DNA from: Massalongia carnosa
Taxonomy: Eukaryota
Length of the DNA: 64,000 nucleotides
Direction of reading: 5' to 3'
Assembly: GCA_965645245.1 (NCBI GenBank)
Contig: OZ287078.1
Span: 1,922,001 to 1,986,000 of the forward strand
A program made the translations under genes and the position numbers. The notes beneath the pieces are model-generated. The model had not been told where the DNA came from and ran no database searches. It saw only the letters and a program-made list of their open reading frames with translations. How positions within the stretch are numbered: position 1 is the first letter of the stretch; every line of letters starts with the position of its first letter. Below, in pieces: positions 35,095-47,455 of the stretch.

Positions 35095-35159
35095 TGTCAG
35101 GACCTGCCATAGAGACTACGGAGAAGGATACGGAAAAGGGGCATCAGCATGGACTCGGC
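35095..35159 (+). repeat. 65-bp LTR 5'-end fragment, inverted relative to the LTR at 39582-40015
   Basis: TGTCAGGACCTGCCATAGAG...GGACTCGGC is the exact reverse complement of 39951-40015. Confidence 0.9.
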
Positions 35160-38100
35160 GTAGCAACGAAGGTACTGTTCCAACGTCTGGTTTTGACGTT
35201 CCGTTTGCCCGTCGGTCTGGGGGTGAAAGGCCGTACTGTAATTGAGCCGTACCCTCAGATGATAGCAGAAGTTGGACCAGAAATTCGAGGTGAACAGGCT
35301 TCCCCTGTCGGTCACCAGCGAGACCGGCATTCCAAAGCGGGTGAAGACTTCTTCTACCAGGGCGTCGGCAAGGTTCTCCGCCGTCCAGTCTTTCCTGGCC
35401 GCGATGTATCGGGCGTACTTTGTATACCTGTCAACAATTACTAGTATTGCATCAAAAATAAGGGTGCGGCGGATGCTCGGGGGCAAATCCGTAATGAAAT
35501 CTAGTGTCCAATTCTGTCTTGGACCCAGAGGTACTGGCAAGGATCCTAATTCGCCGAATGGTCTATGCCTGACTGCCTTGACTTGATGACAGCGAGTACA
35601 GGTATCAACGTAGTGCTTGACATCAGGGACCATTCGGGGCCAGTAGTATTTTCGTTGGAGAAGTTCTGTCGTTCTGAGGGTACCGAAATGCCCTGCGTTT
35701 GGATCATCATGATTCCTTTTTAGCAGTTCGTTTCTCAGCAATCCAGGCGGTATATATCACCTGTTATTTCGACAGAGGATGTCATCTTTGAGATGCCAGA
35801 GCCCGTCTTCTTTCTCGTCGGCAGGAAGGTCGTCTCCTGCGACCCCCTCCGTTCCCTCGGTGGGTTGCCTCTGACCGTCCCTTTCCTGATCCAGCTCTCC
35901 CTGCAACGACGATGCGGCGAGGGGCCGTCTTCGCTTCGCAAGGTGATCAGTCTCTTGAAGAATACGAAGGACGGTGCTGAGTTCCAGGGGGGGCGATGCA
36001 AAGGCAGCTTCCGACTCAGTCACGTCTAGGACGCGCTGGCTTAATATGTCCGAGTCCCTCTCGGCCTCGACGAGTCGGAATCCCACAGGCTTGGAGTCAG
36101 CCGCGGTCTCGTCTGACTTCGGAGGGGCAGGCTTTTTGCCCTTTTTCTTCCCCCCCTTGGTCCTTCTCATTGCCGCCTGGATATCAGGATCCGACGCCCG
36201 TGCAGCATTCGGGGTGGTATCCATCCCTACGACAGCATTTGAGGATTCCGTGCGCGTCTCTGGTGGAGTATTGTTGAAGACGAAGGATTCCTTCGGCCCT
36301 TGACCGACTTTATCTGAAGAAACTAATGCGTAGGCTCTCGTTTGATATACCTCGCTTTCCCCCCCGACGACCCCCTGACCCAGCAGTGTGGCCTCGTCTT
36401 GACGATGCAAGCCTGGCCCTGCGTAGTCCGGGCGTCGCGAGGGTCCATCTGCCGGATTATTCCGACCAGGTCTGTACTCGAGCTGTAGGTCTAGACTAGA
36501 TAGTCTTTCCCACCAACGCGCTTCGCGTCTAGATAGTGTTTTGGTTGTGAAAAAGGTGCGAAGGTTTCCATGATCGGTGAGCACTTTGACGGGGAAGTTT
36601 GCCCCTTCAAGATAGTGTCTCCAATTTTTGCACGCTTCCACGATTGCTAACATTTCCTTCTCCCCGACCCCATAATTGATTTCTGCAGGGGTCATTTTCC
36701 GGGACCAGAAGGCGATCGGGTGCCATTGGCCCGTTTCTTCGACTAGTTGACTGAGGATTCCTGATAGGGCGAAATCTGACGTATCCGTCTCGAGCTTAAT
36801 ACGCCTTGCAGGATCGAAATGCAGCAACATTGGGGCGCTAGTGAACGCGATTTTTAACGCCTCAAAAGCCCCCTTTGCCTTGTCCACACGAACTTCCCCC
36901 GGAAACGGCCTTTGTCCCCACCTTTCAGCAAGGAAGTGATTGGCGCCACTATGCGCGAGAATCCTTTGATGAAGCGTCTATAGAAGTTGGCGAATCCAAG
37001 AAAGACTTGAACTTCTCGATGAGATTTCGGCTCCGGCCATTGCGTCACCGTAAAAATTCATCCTGGGTCCATGGCGATGCCTTTTCGGGAGAGTATGTAG
37101 CCCAGGAAGTCCAGCTCGTACGCGTGGAAGATGCATTTCGATAACTTTGCGTGTAGTTTCCATTTCCGCAATTGATCCAGAACCCATCGAACGTGGCCCG
37201 AATGCTCCTCTTCCGTCTTGGAGAAGATGAGGATGTCGTCAAGATATACTACTACGAACCGGTCGAGATTCTCTTTCAACACCTCGTGAATGAACGCTTG
37301 AAAGGAGGCGGGGGCATTGACCAGTCCGAAGGGCATGACTCTATACTCAAAATGGCCATATCTACATCTGAATGCCGTCTTCCATTCGTCCCCGGCGGCG
37401 ATTCGGAGGGTGTTGTATGCGTCCCTCAAATCCAACTTTGTGTAGATAGCCGACCCGCTGACGATGTCGAACAGCCCCTGGATCAGGAGTAGAGGGTACT
37501 TATTCTTAATCGTAGCAGCATTTAGGGCCCGATAATCGACACAGAGACGTAGACTACCATCTTTCTTCTTGGTGAATAGGATGGGTGCGCCTAGTCGTGA
37601 GGTGCTATGGGTAATATACCCTTTTGCCAGGTTGTCGTCGATGTAGTCTTTTAGGGTTTCTAGTTCGGTGAGGGAGAGGTTATACATGGCAAGGGTCGGG
37701 GGTGGTTCGCCTTCCAGATTGATTTTATGGTCGTGGGGCCCTCGTTCTGGTAGCACTGAAGCTTTTTCATTGGAGCAGACGTCACTGTAGGATTGATACA
37801 GAGGCAGAAGTTTATTGCTAGACGTAGAGATGGCACCAACTATTGACTCCGACTCCGGGCTCCCACCGAGCACTTCCCGAATTTCTATTAGGAATGCGTC
37901 GATGCCCTCGCATTCGCAGATGTCAAAGATCTCCTGCTCACTCACCATTGCCACTACTGGGAGATTGATACTTCGATGAGGGGTTTCCTCATCGCCTACA
38001 GTGACCCCGGGACGTTCCCCTGGCAGGTCATCTCGTACTTCACCCTCGATGAGGTGGCTTTCATGGATTATCCTCCTTTCGCGCCAGCCGATGGATGGAT

Positions 38101-40015
38101 TGGCATGACCCAACCAGGGCAAGCCCAGGATCATGTCCACCCCATACATGTCTGACGCGACGAATGCCTGCTCGGCCACTCGCTCAAGACCATTGTCATC
38201 AACAACCCCGACGCGCAGGGCATGATCAAAATAAGTCTGGAAGGGGGTTCCATCGAGAGTTTTCAACCCAGATGGTGGAGGGGAGCCGGGAGGATCTCGA
38301 ACACCTACCTCATTTAGCCAGGTTTGAGCGATAAGGTTCCAAGTTGCTCCGCAGTCGATCATTGCTCGGACACGATGCTGACTGTTGTCGTAATATAGGA
38401 AAACCGTTGAGAAGAGGTGGCGGCATGGGGATTTCCTCATTTGCCGGGCCAATACGACGGAGGCAACGTCTATTGGCCCCGACCTTTTCCCGGCCGGCGG
38501 GACGATCCCCGCGGCGACGGCCGGGACCGACATTCGAATTGAAGGTGCCCCATTTTCCCGCAGTTCCAGCAATCCTTATCCGACCGATTTCCTTTTGGTC
38601 TCGTAGGGGGCGGGGCTTCTTGATCTTGCTGATCTTCCTGATCATCCAGCTTTCTTTTGTTTGATTGGTGGTTCGGATTAATCACGGGTGCCTGTGGAGC
38701 GTCAGCGGGTCCATCTTCTTCAGGTTTGGGGGTTGAGGAAGATTGATTGTTTCGATTTTGATTCCGGCTTTTATTGAAAGTCTTCTTCCATCCATCGAGT
38801 TTTGGCTCAACCCTTTCCGCAATCCTCACCGCCTCGACCAGTTCCGCCCTGGTCGTCCCCTGACTACCCGCCCGGATCACAGCCGTCTTCAAGTAGTCGT
38901 GCACGCTGTGTAGGAGGTTGGAATGCTTCTGCATTTCCGTGGGGGGTTCGGGGAGTTGAGCTTCTAGGCTTTCCAGATATGTGACAGAATCGGACACGGT
39001 CTGCCCCTGGAATTGGCGCAATTTCTTCAGTTGTCCCCCCAGATCCATCAAGCGTAGATGCTTCGGTTTGAGCTTTTCCTGGAGGAAGTCAGCAAAGATT
39101 TTCCAGGTGAGCTCACCTTCCGCCGCCTTCGTCGTCGCTTCCTTCTCACGGTGCCAATCGTCGGCAGGGGCTCCGGATAGATAATTCTCGGCGTAGAGGA
39201 CCTGTGCCGAGGGCGATTCGTATGTGACTGGCTTCTGCAGAAAAGTTCTCTTGCAGTCACGTAGGAATGTGTCAAACGCCCGCTGATTGTCGCCGGCGTA
39301 GGTCGTCGGGTCTACGGAACGAAGAGACCTTTCCAGGGCCAGCGGGTCGACGGTTTGGTTCGATCCGTGAGAGTGGGGAAGCCGGCGGCCTTTTCCTTCT
39401 TCAGGTCCTCCAGCGTTTTGGCTAGGTGCGCCTGCTTCCGTTCAGCCTCAATGGCCTCAACTTCTCGCTGCGTGTCTGCCATGGTGGCGGAAATTAGGGT
39501 CTCGTCCGGGTTAGGTGTCGGGTTCGCCCCGGAAGCGGTGGACGAAGACATTTGCGATCTAGTTAATACCATAGGTTGAAATGTCGAGGTAATGAGGAAT
39601 GACCAACGGGCTCCCTAGAAGGTTGGATAGATCAAAGTGTAAGACGTATGCTTCTACTCAGAGGGCGTGTTGGTCACGTGAAGGGGGTGTCTCAATAATG
39701 TATGTTATTGATCTATGCCCTTAGAATAAGGTGGGCGATCGACCTCTTTATCCTACAGACGTGTCTCCCCCTAAGACTCCCTTATCGGATAGCCCCCAGC
39801 TATCTGATTGGTCCAAATGGCTCCCGGCCCCTTTGGGCGGTTAGTGCCATCCGACATGGGTTTCCAGCCGTCCCCCTCGCCAGCCGTCCCCCTGAGACGG
39901 CATGTGGCCGACAGCGGAATCAGCCCATTAGGGTCGGGCCGGGTTCGGCGGCCGAGTCCATGCTGATGCCCCTTTTCCGTATCCTTCTCCGTAGTCTCTA
40001 TGGCAGGTCCTGACA
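35160..40015 (-). mobile_element. Ty3/Gypsy retrotransposon: 5' LTR (39582-40015) plus gag-pol, frameshifted and truncated within integrase
   Basis: CWNCGKMGH knuckle, MIDCGAT protease, LCVDYRALN/YLDD RT, LETDTSD/EKEMLAIV RNaseH, HDDPNAGH..CTRC and TDRGS integrase. At least five frameshifts. Confidence 0.93.
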
Positions 40016-40065
40016 CCTATTCACAAGAAGTTCATATTTATATGTACGGAGTGTCAGATACCTAT

Positions 40066-42000
40066 TTACTCGTCCCCTATCATATGAATAGCTTCCCAAC
40101 AGCTGGCTTTCTTACAGCAGGGCCTGATTGGATTGCATCCTCCACAAGCCCATATAGTCTGAGCACCCCTTCGCCTTCTTTTTCGCCCATCGACACTTAT
40201 TTCAGCCAGTGGCTCTCCCTTCCGCTTTGAAGGTCGTTTTTTCTCGGCCTTACATTGCACACATCTTTTTCTGCCTTCAAGACGAACGTAATGATGAATG
40301 GGAGATGGTAGTAAAGCATCAATCGCGGTATTGATGCTTATCTTTGATGAGCCGGGCCTGATGCCCGCTTGATTTGAAATCAGTTCAAGAGCAATCCGAC
40401 GAAGAAATTCAGAACGAGTAAATTTTATCTCCTCGGAATCGAAAGAATTCAGCGAGTAAAGTTTATAGGCATTCAATCCGGCTGCATCTAAAATAAAAAC
40501 GAACAAAGGCCACCAGTAACGATCCGTTCGACGATTTTATGAGTAAATCGCTCGTTGCTGAGCGTTTCCATCCGATCCCCCCATATGAAGATTATATTCT
40601 TTGATTGGGACTGGTATCGGTAATCCTAAGGGCCGTTGAACCTCTTGATTGAGCAAGGGAATGGAGTGAGCCAGAGTTGATGGGAAATACGATACAATAG
40701 GTTGAAGAGAGGTCTCGGGAATTCCATATCTCTTGTGCGGATTTATATAGTGCATTTCGTACAAGTCCTGAGGAGAATGACCGGTGGTCATGTACTGCAC
40801 ACCATTATTATCCACCCAGCCCATACAAAGCACCTTATCGTCGACCACCATATGGGCCTGAAGACCCCAGTCTTTTCCTTTTGAAGTGACGTCCCGTATG
40901 GCCAACAATTCTTCTGGAAAGCCCGAGCCCTTTTTAGCAGTTCCACTGGCAGCTATTCCGATTGATCGAAGTGCCTTGAATAATTTCGTACTAGTAAAGA
41001 AATTATCACAGAAAAGATGATAATTCAGTGAGGATGGACGTTCTTTACATAACTGAATCACTAGCAAAGCACTAGGAGTTAGTTTATCTTTTGGCAAAAA
41101 TCCCAATTGTCTGACAATTTTCAATTCACTTATTCTGCTACTTTTCGAGGCAAACATAAATGACAACAGATAATTATCCTGACAGAGACTGTAGATTTTG
41201 AATCCTTTATGGGCACTTTTTGTAGTAATCTGCAAGGTATGTCGAGAACGGCCTTTGAATAACACCAGCTGTTCATCTATAGATATCATACTTCCTGGTC
41301 TGCAATGTTTCAATGAAGTCTTTCGGAAATCAGTAGCCAACGGTTCCAGTTTCTTCCACCAATCAGGTCCTTGACCAAGTCCGATAGGCTCAGTCCGTCC
41401 ATTATTGATTTTCAAAAATCGTTTGATTTGTTGAAATCGACCAAGCGACATCGCGGACAGAATAGGCATGATGACTGGTTTGTCAGGACGTTGATTCCAA
41501 TAATCCTCTGTAGCAGGTAGATGATCGAGTCCCATAAGAATTATTATGCCCAAAAAAACCTCAATTTCCGAGTCAGTAGTGTCAGTCCAAACCCGATGAT
41601 TGTTCTCCTTCTCCTTTTCCATATAGTTATATGCCTTGATATTGGTATGATTTGCGATGATACGACAATGCTGCCTTGTTATAAATAACCGAAATAATCC
41701 CAAAGGATTTCGAGAATCGTTTTCAACGAGCGGAACAAAAGGCCTGTTTTCAACCCGAATGGGGGTATATTTTGAGGAAATAGGGGGAAGGTCGATTAAA
41801 ATATCTCGAACACTTCTTTTGCGATTTATTTTATGTTGCTTCGCTGAAATGGGAGATTTGTCTGATACACTCGGGATTTCTTCTTGTTGAAATAGGTGTA
41901 TGACTATGGCTATATTGCTATGTAATAATAAAGGTATGTATGACCGTGATGTTAAGGATGAAGAGTTGCTAGGCAGCAATCTTTTCCTATTACTGGTCAC
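40066..42000 (-). mobile_element. piggyBac-like transposase pseudogene (termini not found)
   Basis: MSLGRFQQIKRFL, SIDEQLVLFKGRS, CDNFFTS, YNLHMGGSD, YWWPLF and a C-terminal Cys-rich domain (CVQC...CGGC..CC..CW..H). In-frame TAA at 40537. Confidence 0.88.
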
Positions 42001-42735
42001 CCCCTTCTAAGCGAGGTGATCTTATCTTATCTTGGGACTAAGCCTAATGCGGCATCTACGGTTTCCGTAGATGATCTGTCCATCTAGGGCAACCGTAGGT
42101 GCTATGTTCGTCGTACTGATAGGTGTTCATTGTGCTGGTAGGAATTGGATATTCAACACTTCTTCATTAAGCGTCATACTTATAATATCAATTCCGAAGC
42201 TAGAAGAATAGTAATTTATGTGATTTATTTTGATTGAATGACCGAATAGCTTTCTTTGAAAAGTAAACAAACGCGCAAACACTTAAGAGAAAACTAATGT
42301 TCTGATGACTCATCGGTGCGGAAGCTAGTCCAATATAGATTAGCTTGGGGGGGGGGTGCTAGAATGACAGCGAGAGGGATACAGAGAAGATAACTGCCGC
42401 CCGCCTGCGATATTCTGCAACTCGTCTCTGCAAAGGCTGAAGACATCCAAGCCGTATAGGCCGTCATAACCCTGTTGAGTTGAAGCTGATAGATGCTAAC
42501 AAAAGAGGTTACAGTCGACTGCAAAAGGTTGGTCGCGACCCTGAATTTGGGACCACACATCAAATATTTATGCGAAAATGGCAAAATGCCGGCAAAAATC
42601 TGAAAACTACCCTCACCGCCTATGAAGTCGTACTACTGGTCAGTATTGAAGCGATTTGTAGATTAGTATATGTAGATGCCATTCCCCGTCTTTTTTCCCT
42701 CCCCCCTCTGCCATTCCCCATTTTTTATCTCAGAT

Positions 42736-44897
42736 ATGAAACTTCGTGAACCGAGAGCAAAAAGATCAAATTCCGGCCCCCCCCCGGCTGGAAAAGAGCC
42801 TTTCAAAGGTAAGAGAATCAAACTGACTTTGGGAGGGCCGAGAGCCAGAGCCATTGTCGCCGCCGGCATCGATGAAGCCTCGCCGGAATCGACGTCGGCC
42901 CCTCCCAAGCCAAAGCCTCCCCTCAAGTCAAAGCCCCCCTTCAAGCCAAAGGCCCCCCTCAAGCCAAAGGCCCCTCCCAAGACAAAGGTCCCTCCCAAGC
43001 CAAAGGCCCCTCCCAAGTCAAAGGTCCAGCCTCAGCAGTTAAAGACTTTCGAATCGAATTATTATAGTCCCCTTGTCATTACGGAGGATTCCTCCGACGA
43101 CTGGACGGATGAAGACGAGAAGCAGAGGTGGCAGGGTCAGTGGAGAAAGGAGAACGCGATGAAAGCTGTAGATGCCGAAGATGATGCCGAAGATGATACC
43201 GAAGATGATTCCGAAGATGATGCCGAAGATGATGTCGAAGATCTCAATGTGCCTAGTAACTCGATTGTCAGTAAGAAGTCTAGAAAAGCAAGAAGAAAGG
43301 AACCCTCCCGTTTATCCCCTTCGCCACTGCCTCCGACGGTAATCAAATATCTACTAAATGTGAAGATGTCGTATGAGAAGCACGTCGTTTTCGAGACGGT
43401 GATTCCATACGAAGTCAATTCAACTACGTCGAAAAGATTCTTTTTGAGAAGCTACACCGGGGACATGAGTTTGAAAGCCGAGCCGTATGCGAATTCCAAA
43501 ATGTATGCTTGTCATTTGGTCGATATCAAAGCGACCGTGTTATGGAATGGAATCAAACCGCATGAAAAATCAGCTCTCATGTTGATCGAATCCTGGCAGC
43601 CCATTGAGGAGGTTCTAATTCATTTAGAAAACAGCAGCATTCGAAAGAAAAGCTTCGCGGTTGATCTTATTTTCAACTTCAGTCGTACCAAAGATGGCGT
43701 CATTCCTCCCGATGATCCTATTGCTGCTGCCACAGCTGTCGCCACCAAGAAATTGGGAACCGCGACCATGAAGCTGCAAAAAGAGATGGAGGAACGAGCC
43801 ATGTTGCAAGGCATGACGACCGAAAGAATGTCCGAATTGCAAAGTCTGCATCTCTGTGAAAAACGCGCATGTAGGAATTTCGGACAGTACTGTTGGAATG
43901 ATGAGACGAAGAATCAGCATTACAGTATCCTCTCAACAGTGCTCATTTCGTGACCTGGAATAAAGCACTAGATGATGGAATTTCAGGCGTTGATTCTCGA
44001 ACACCTCCACCGAAGATCAGAGAGAATTTATTCTCCCTGAATAAAGGTAAGAAAAAGACTGAAACCTCGTCTCAGGAAATGCCCTTTGGAGGTGGGCATT
44101 CCATTTATCAACATCCCATGTATCAACACCACTCGTACCAAAACCCCCACTCGACATTTCCCCCCTCGTCATTGGCATTCCCCTCGACATTTCCCTCGGC
44201 ATTCCCCTCGGCATTTCCTCACTCGGCATTTCCCCCCTCGGCATTTTATCCTTCTCAGTATGCTCCTTCTACATTACCTGACTCGAGACGAGCCCGTGAG
44301 GAAACGCCGTTGGATTGGAGAGATTCGAGATCATCCAGAAGCAGTCGAAGCGTGAGTCGATTTCTCCCTCTCCCCTCCGTCGCCCGCAGCAGTCCAGTGG
44401 AAGAAGATCTGGAAGACTATGTCAGTTGGCTCGTTCAAATGAAGCCTCATTTGAAAGGAGTGCTCACCAACGCCTGCGATCGATTGATGGAAGGTGGGTA
44501 CGATCTGATGACCGTTCAATCCTTGAAAGGCATCGAGCATCAGACGTTCTGGCAGGAACTAGGAATTCCTCCGGGAATCGGGATTCAACTGGCGCGAGAC
44601 GTCAGTAAATTTGGAAGAGAAATGTCTCGGCAAATGCCTTTGCAAATGTCTCGACAAATGTCTCGACAGATATCTCAGCAAATGCCCCCGCCTCCCCCTC
44701 GGCGTCAACGCCATTTACCGACATCGCAAATGGCCACTCAGGCGGTCACTCAGGCGGTCACTCGGGTGGATAAGGGGATGGAGGATGGGGAGGTGGACGG
44801 GGGCGGGGAGGTAGGATCTGGAGTGAGAGATACAATTGAGGAAGATGAGACGCATAGTCTAGAATACGGTTATGCCGAAGATGAAGATGTGGATTAG
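42736..44897 (+). CDS. Uncharacterised cargo protein (~720 aa if the frameshift at ~43950 is repaired)
   Basis: Two long abutting ORFs inside the TIRs. KPK/PP, EDDA, AFPS and QMSR repeats; Cys/His cluster HLCEKRACRNFGQYCW...QHY; possible SAM-like C-terminal region (GGYDL...FWQELGIPPGIGIQL). Confidence 0.65.
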
Positions 44898-44912
44898 ATA
44901 CTATGTATCTAA

Positions 44913-45956
44913 TCAGAGTGAAATGGTGGGATACTGAATGCCAGCCAATCTCAATAAATTTCCCGGGTCTCCCATTCTCAGATCTTTGACTGCATCCCGA
45001 AGAAATTGTCCGAATCCCCCATACTCCTCCGTGTACGAAAGACTCATTTCTCCATTCCGTCGAATCCATGCCTTTAGCAATGCAAACGACGTTTCAATTA
45101 TATTGAAATATGGAGAATAAGGAGGTAGTCGTGCCAAGGTGACGTTGGCTGTCTCGCACATCTGAATAAGCTCCTGATTCCAATGAATGCTGGCATTATC
45201 TAGTACTAAAACAGATCTAGAACCTCCATTGGCAGTCGTCTGAGGAAGAACCTGATTTCGAACGAAGTCGTTGAAAATTTCGGCAGTTATGGAGCCCTGA
45301 TGCACCTCCCAAGCTATATATCCATCGACGGTAAATGCAGGAAGAATGCTCCATCTCTTTGACCTTTTCAAACCTGAATCATGATTGGAGGGACGCCTGC
45401 CTGAGCCCATCCGTATCGTCGGTCACCTAGTCAGAAAGTCAGAAAAATGACGAAGATGGGATGAAAGATGAGATAGGAAATAACCGGTTCTTTCGCAAGC
45501 TGCACTTTCGTCCAAAAAGATCAATTGCTCTGCAGTCCATTCTCCGAGTCTCTGCATCCATCCATCTCGAAGGCCTTGATTTCTTTGAGCTGCTTGTTTG
45601 ATCACCTTCTTTCGATTCCAACCAAGCCTTTTTAGGGCACGACCAACGGTGGTCTCATCTGCAGAGATCTAAAATTCGTCCCAAATGAACCAGCACATTT
45701 CGTCCAGATAGGCATGCGGACGTTGCTCTAGATATTTCAGAAGTTCAATCTCATGAAATTGACTGAGTTTACGAGGGCGATGTCCAATTGACAATTGAGG
45801 TAGAACCACATCTCCAAAATGAGTCCAATTACGTCTCATTCGTTGAATCTGTCTGATGCCAACACCAGTGACAGATGCAATTGTCTTATTGCTGTCACCT
45901 CGTACAAAACGAAGCGTGATTGTCTCACGAAGGGTCTCACTGAGAGGGGGGGGCAT
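44913..45956 (-). pseudogene. DD34E Tc1/IS630-like transposase, disrupted
   Basis: HTH plus GHRPRKL, RPHAYLDEM, IFLDES, intron ~45427-45484 (TG|DRRYGW), VLDNASIH-x-LPPYSPYFNIIE. Stop at 45669 and a frameshift near 45390. Confidence 0.88.
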
Positions 45957-46407
45957 TTTGGGAAAATGGCAGAGGAGAGAGGGAAAAAAGACGGGGAATG
46001 GCATCTACATATACTAATCTACAAGTCGCTTCAATACTGACCAGTAGTACGACTTCATTGGCATGTAGGCGGTGAGGGTAGTTTTTCGGATTTTTGCCGG
46101 CATTTTGCCATTTTCGCGTAAATATTTGATGTGTGGTCCCAAATTCAGGGTCGCGACCAACCTTTTGCAGTCGACTGTATCTTCGCTGCTCATTTGACTT
46201 GCGGATTTCACAGTGCATCGTTACGCAGTGTAGAAGATCCTCACCTCGTCACAAGATTGACCGCCCGGACATTTTGTCCTTCCACCACATTTAGCTTTGC
46301 GCCTGATTGCGGCATTCTCCCTAGTGCTGCTGTAAGCTTCCCTGATAAGAACCTCCTCATTTCCATTTATGTTTCTTGCTCGCATTGCTGAATGTCGAAG
46401 TTAAATA

Positions 46408-46526
46408 TGTTGGAATACTCGCTTAGCCCCATTAGTTCTAGCTCAGCCCTGCAGGCTGCCATGACTGCTATAAGCAGTCACCTCCGTAGTAATTTCAACA
46501 TTATGCCGTCAACTGTTTATTTAACA
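46408..46526. mobile_element. 119-bp solo LTR-like element, copy 2
   Basis: Reverse complement of 22368-22485 with about two differences; TSD AAATA (46403-07, 46527-31). Confidence 0.9.
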
Positions 46527-46879
46527 AAATACACTCAGAAGAGGTTCGGTTGTGGGATATGGCACGGCGACGTACATCGGCACATGTTCTCTGCCAGCTG
46601 GAAACGCGTGAGTTATCTAACTGATCCGTACGATGTGGTTTCGGCTCACCTCGCGATTTTCCTTCGAATCGATTTCAATAGGCTTTTGAGAATCTGGAAC
46701 CAAGCAGCCAAAGGCGCGTGTATCGCTATCGCGGTTACAGGATGCCGGCTGCGGGCAGAAACCGAGGTCACCGCAACACGTACTTCCACTTACACAGCAA
46801 CCTGAATAAGGTGTCCTATTAGGGCAGCATATGTGGCTTATAGTAGTTAATGTCGCACTCCAACTTCAACAGGGCTTAC

Positions 46880-47455
46880 TGAATACCCGGCCGAACAACA
46901 CTGAGCTCCTCCACAGGTTTGTGCGCCGATTGGGCAGCATCTGGTGTATCACAGGTTAATGTCTCGATAGTCAGCTCCTTCTTGCGTGTTTCTCACCCCT
47001 TGCCTTGGCCGGGTGGGTCGCACTATCCAACAGGTGAGATATGACCAGCGACTTGTCCTGAGCTCACTTACAAAGTACCCTGGCTCGCAACAACTCCTTC
47101 TGAGCAGGCACTAGTAAATTCAGCGATGTAATTGCTCGTTATCTATCCTGTCACACTCACGCAGGTGGAAAATCCTGGAATGCAGCAGAATCCGGGGCAA
47201 ATGTTGGCTGGAAGTGGAGCGGTAAGCTAGTGATAGCAAAAGTATTCGATCAATTGAAGCCGTACGGTTCGTAGGTGGACATTGCTGTCTTCCAAGTAAA
47301 TTCCGCGCGTCAGCAAGCTCAACACCCCAGATTGCCTTAGGTTCGTCGATAGAAAAAGGTGCGAGTGTTGGTTCATAAGCATGAAAAGAAGTCACGCGAA
47401 CGCAGAGAGTCCAGATAGTCAAAGAGAAAAGATAAATGACGAGTTGCTTAGCCAT
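46880..47455 (-). CDS. Possible small secreted cysteine-rich protein (multi-exon, possibly a pseudogene)
   Basis: Signal-peptide-like MAKQLVIYLFSLTIWTLCVRV, then LLGRQQCP, and short exon-like blocks ICPGFCCIPGFSTC, GSCCEPGYF and CDTRCCPIGAQTC. Exon structure not fully resolved. Confidence 0.45.

Larger units (their letters stand above)
42512..46177. mobile_element. Two-gene Tc1/IS630-like DNA transposon with ~205-bp TIRs and TA TSD
   Basis: 42512-42715 (CAGTCGACTGCAAAAGG...) is the reverse complement of 45965-46177 apart from small indels. TA at 42510-11 and 46178-79. Confidence 0.93.

Noticed and set aside
30366..35112. Long alternative-frame and antisense ORFs (760, 452, 387 aa and others)
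   Set aside because: They are shadows of the GC-rich 99-bp ankyrin repeat, which lacks stops in several frames.
42480..42749. Paired similar ORFs at 42480-42749 and 45937-46218, and the MPFPVFFPS starts
   Set aside because: They arise from the TIR sequence itself; the downstream ATGs (42736, 45956) are better starts.
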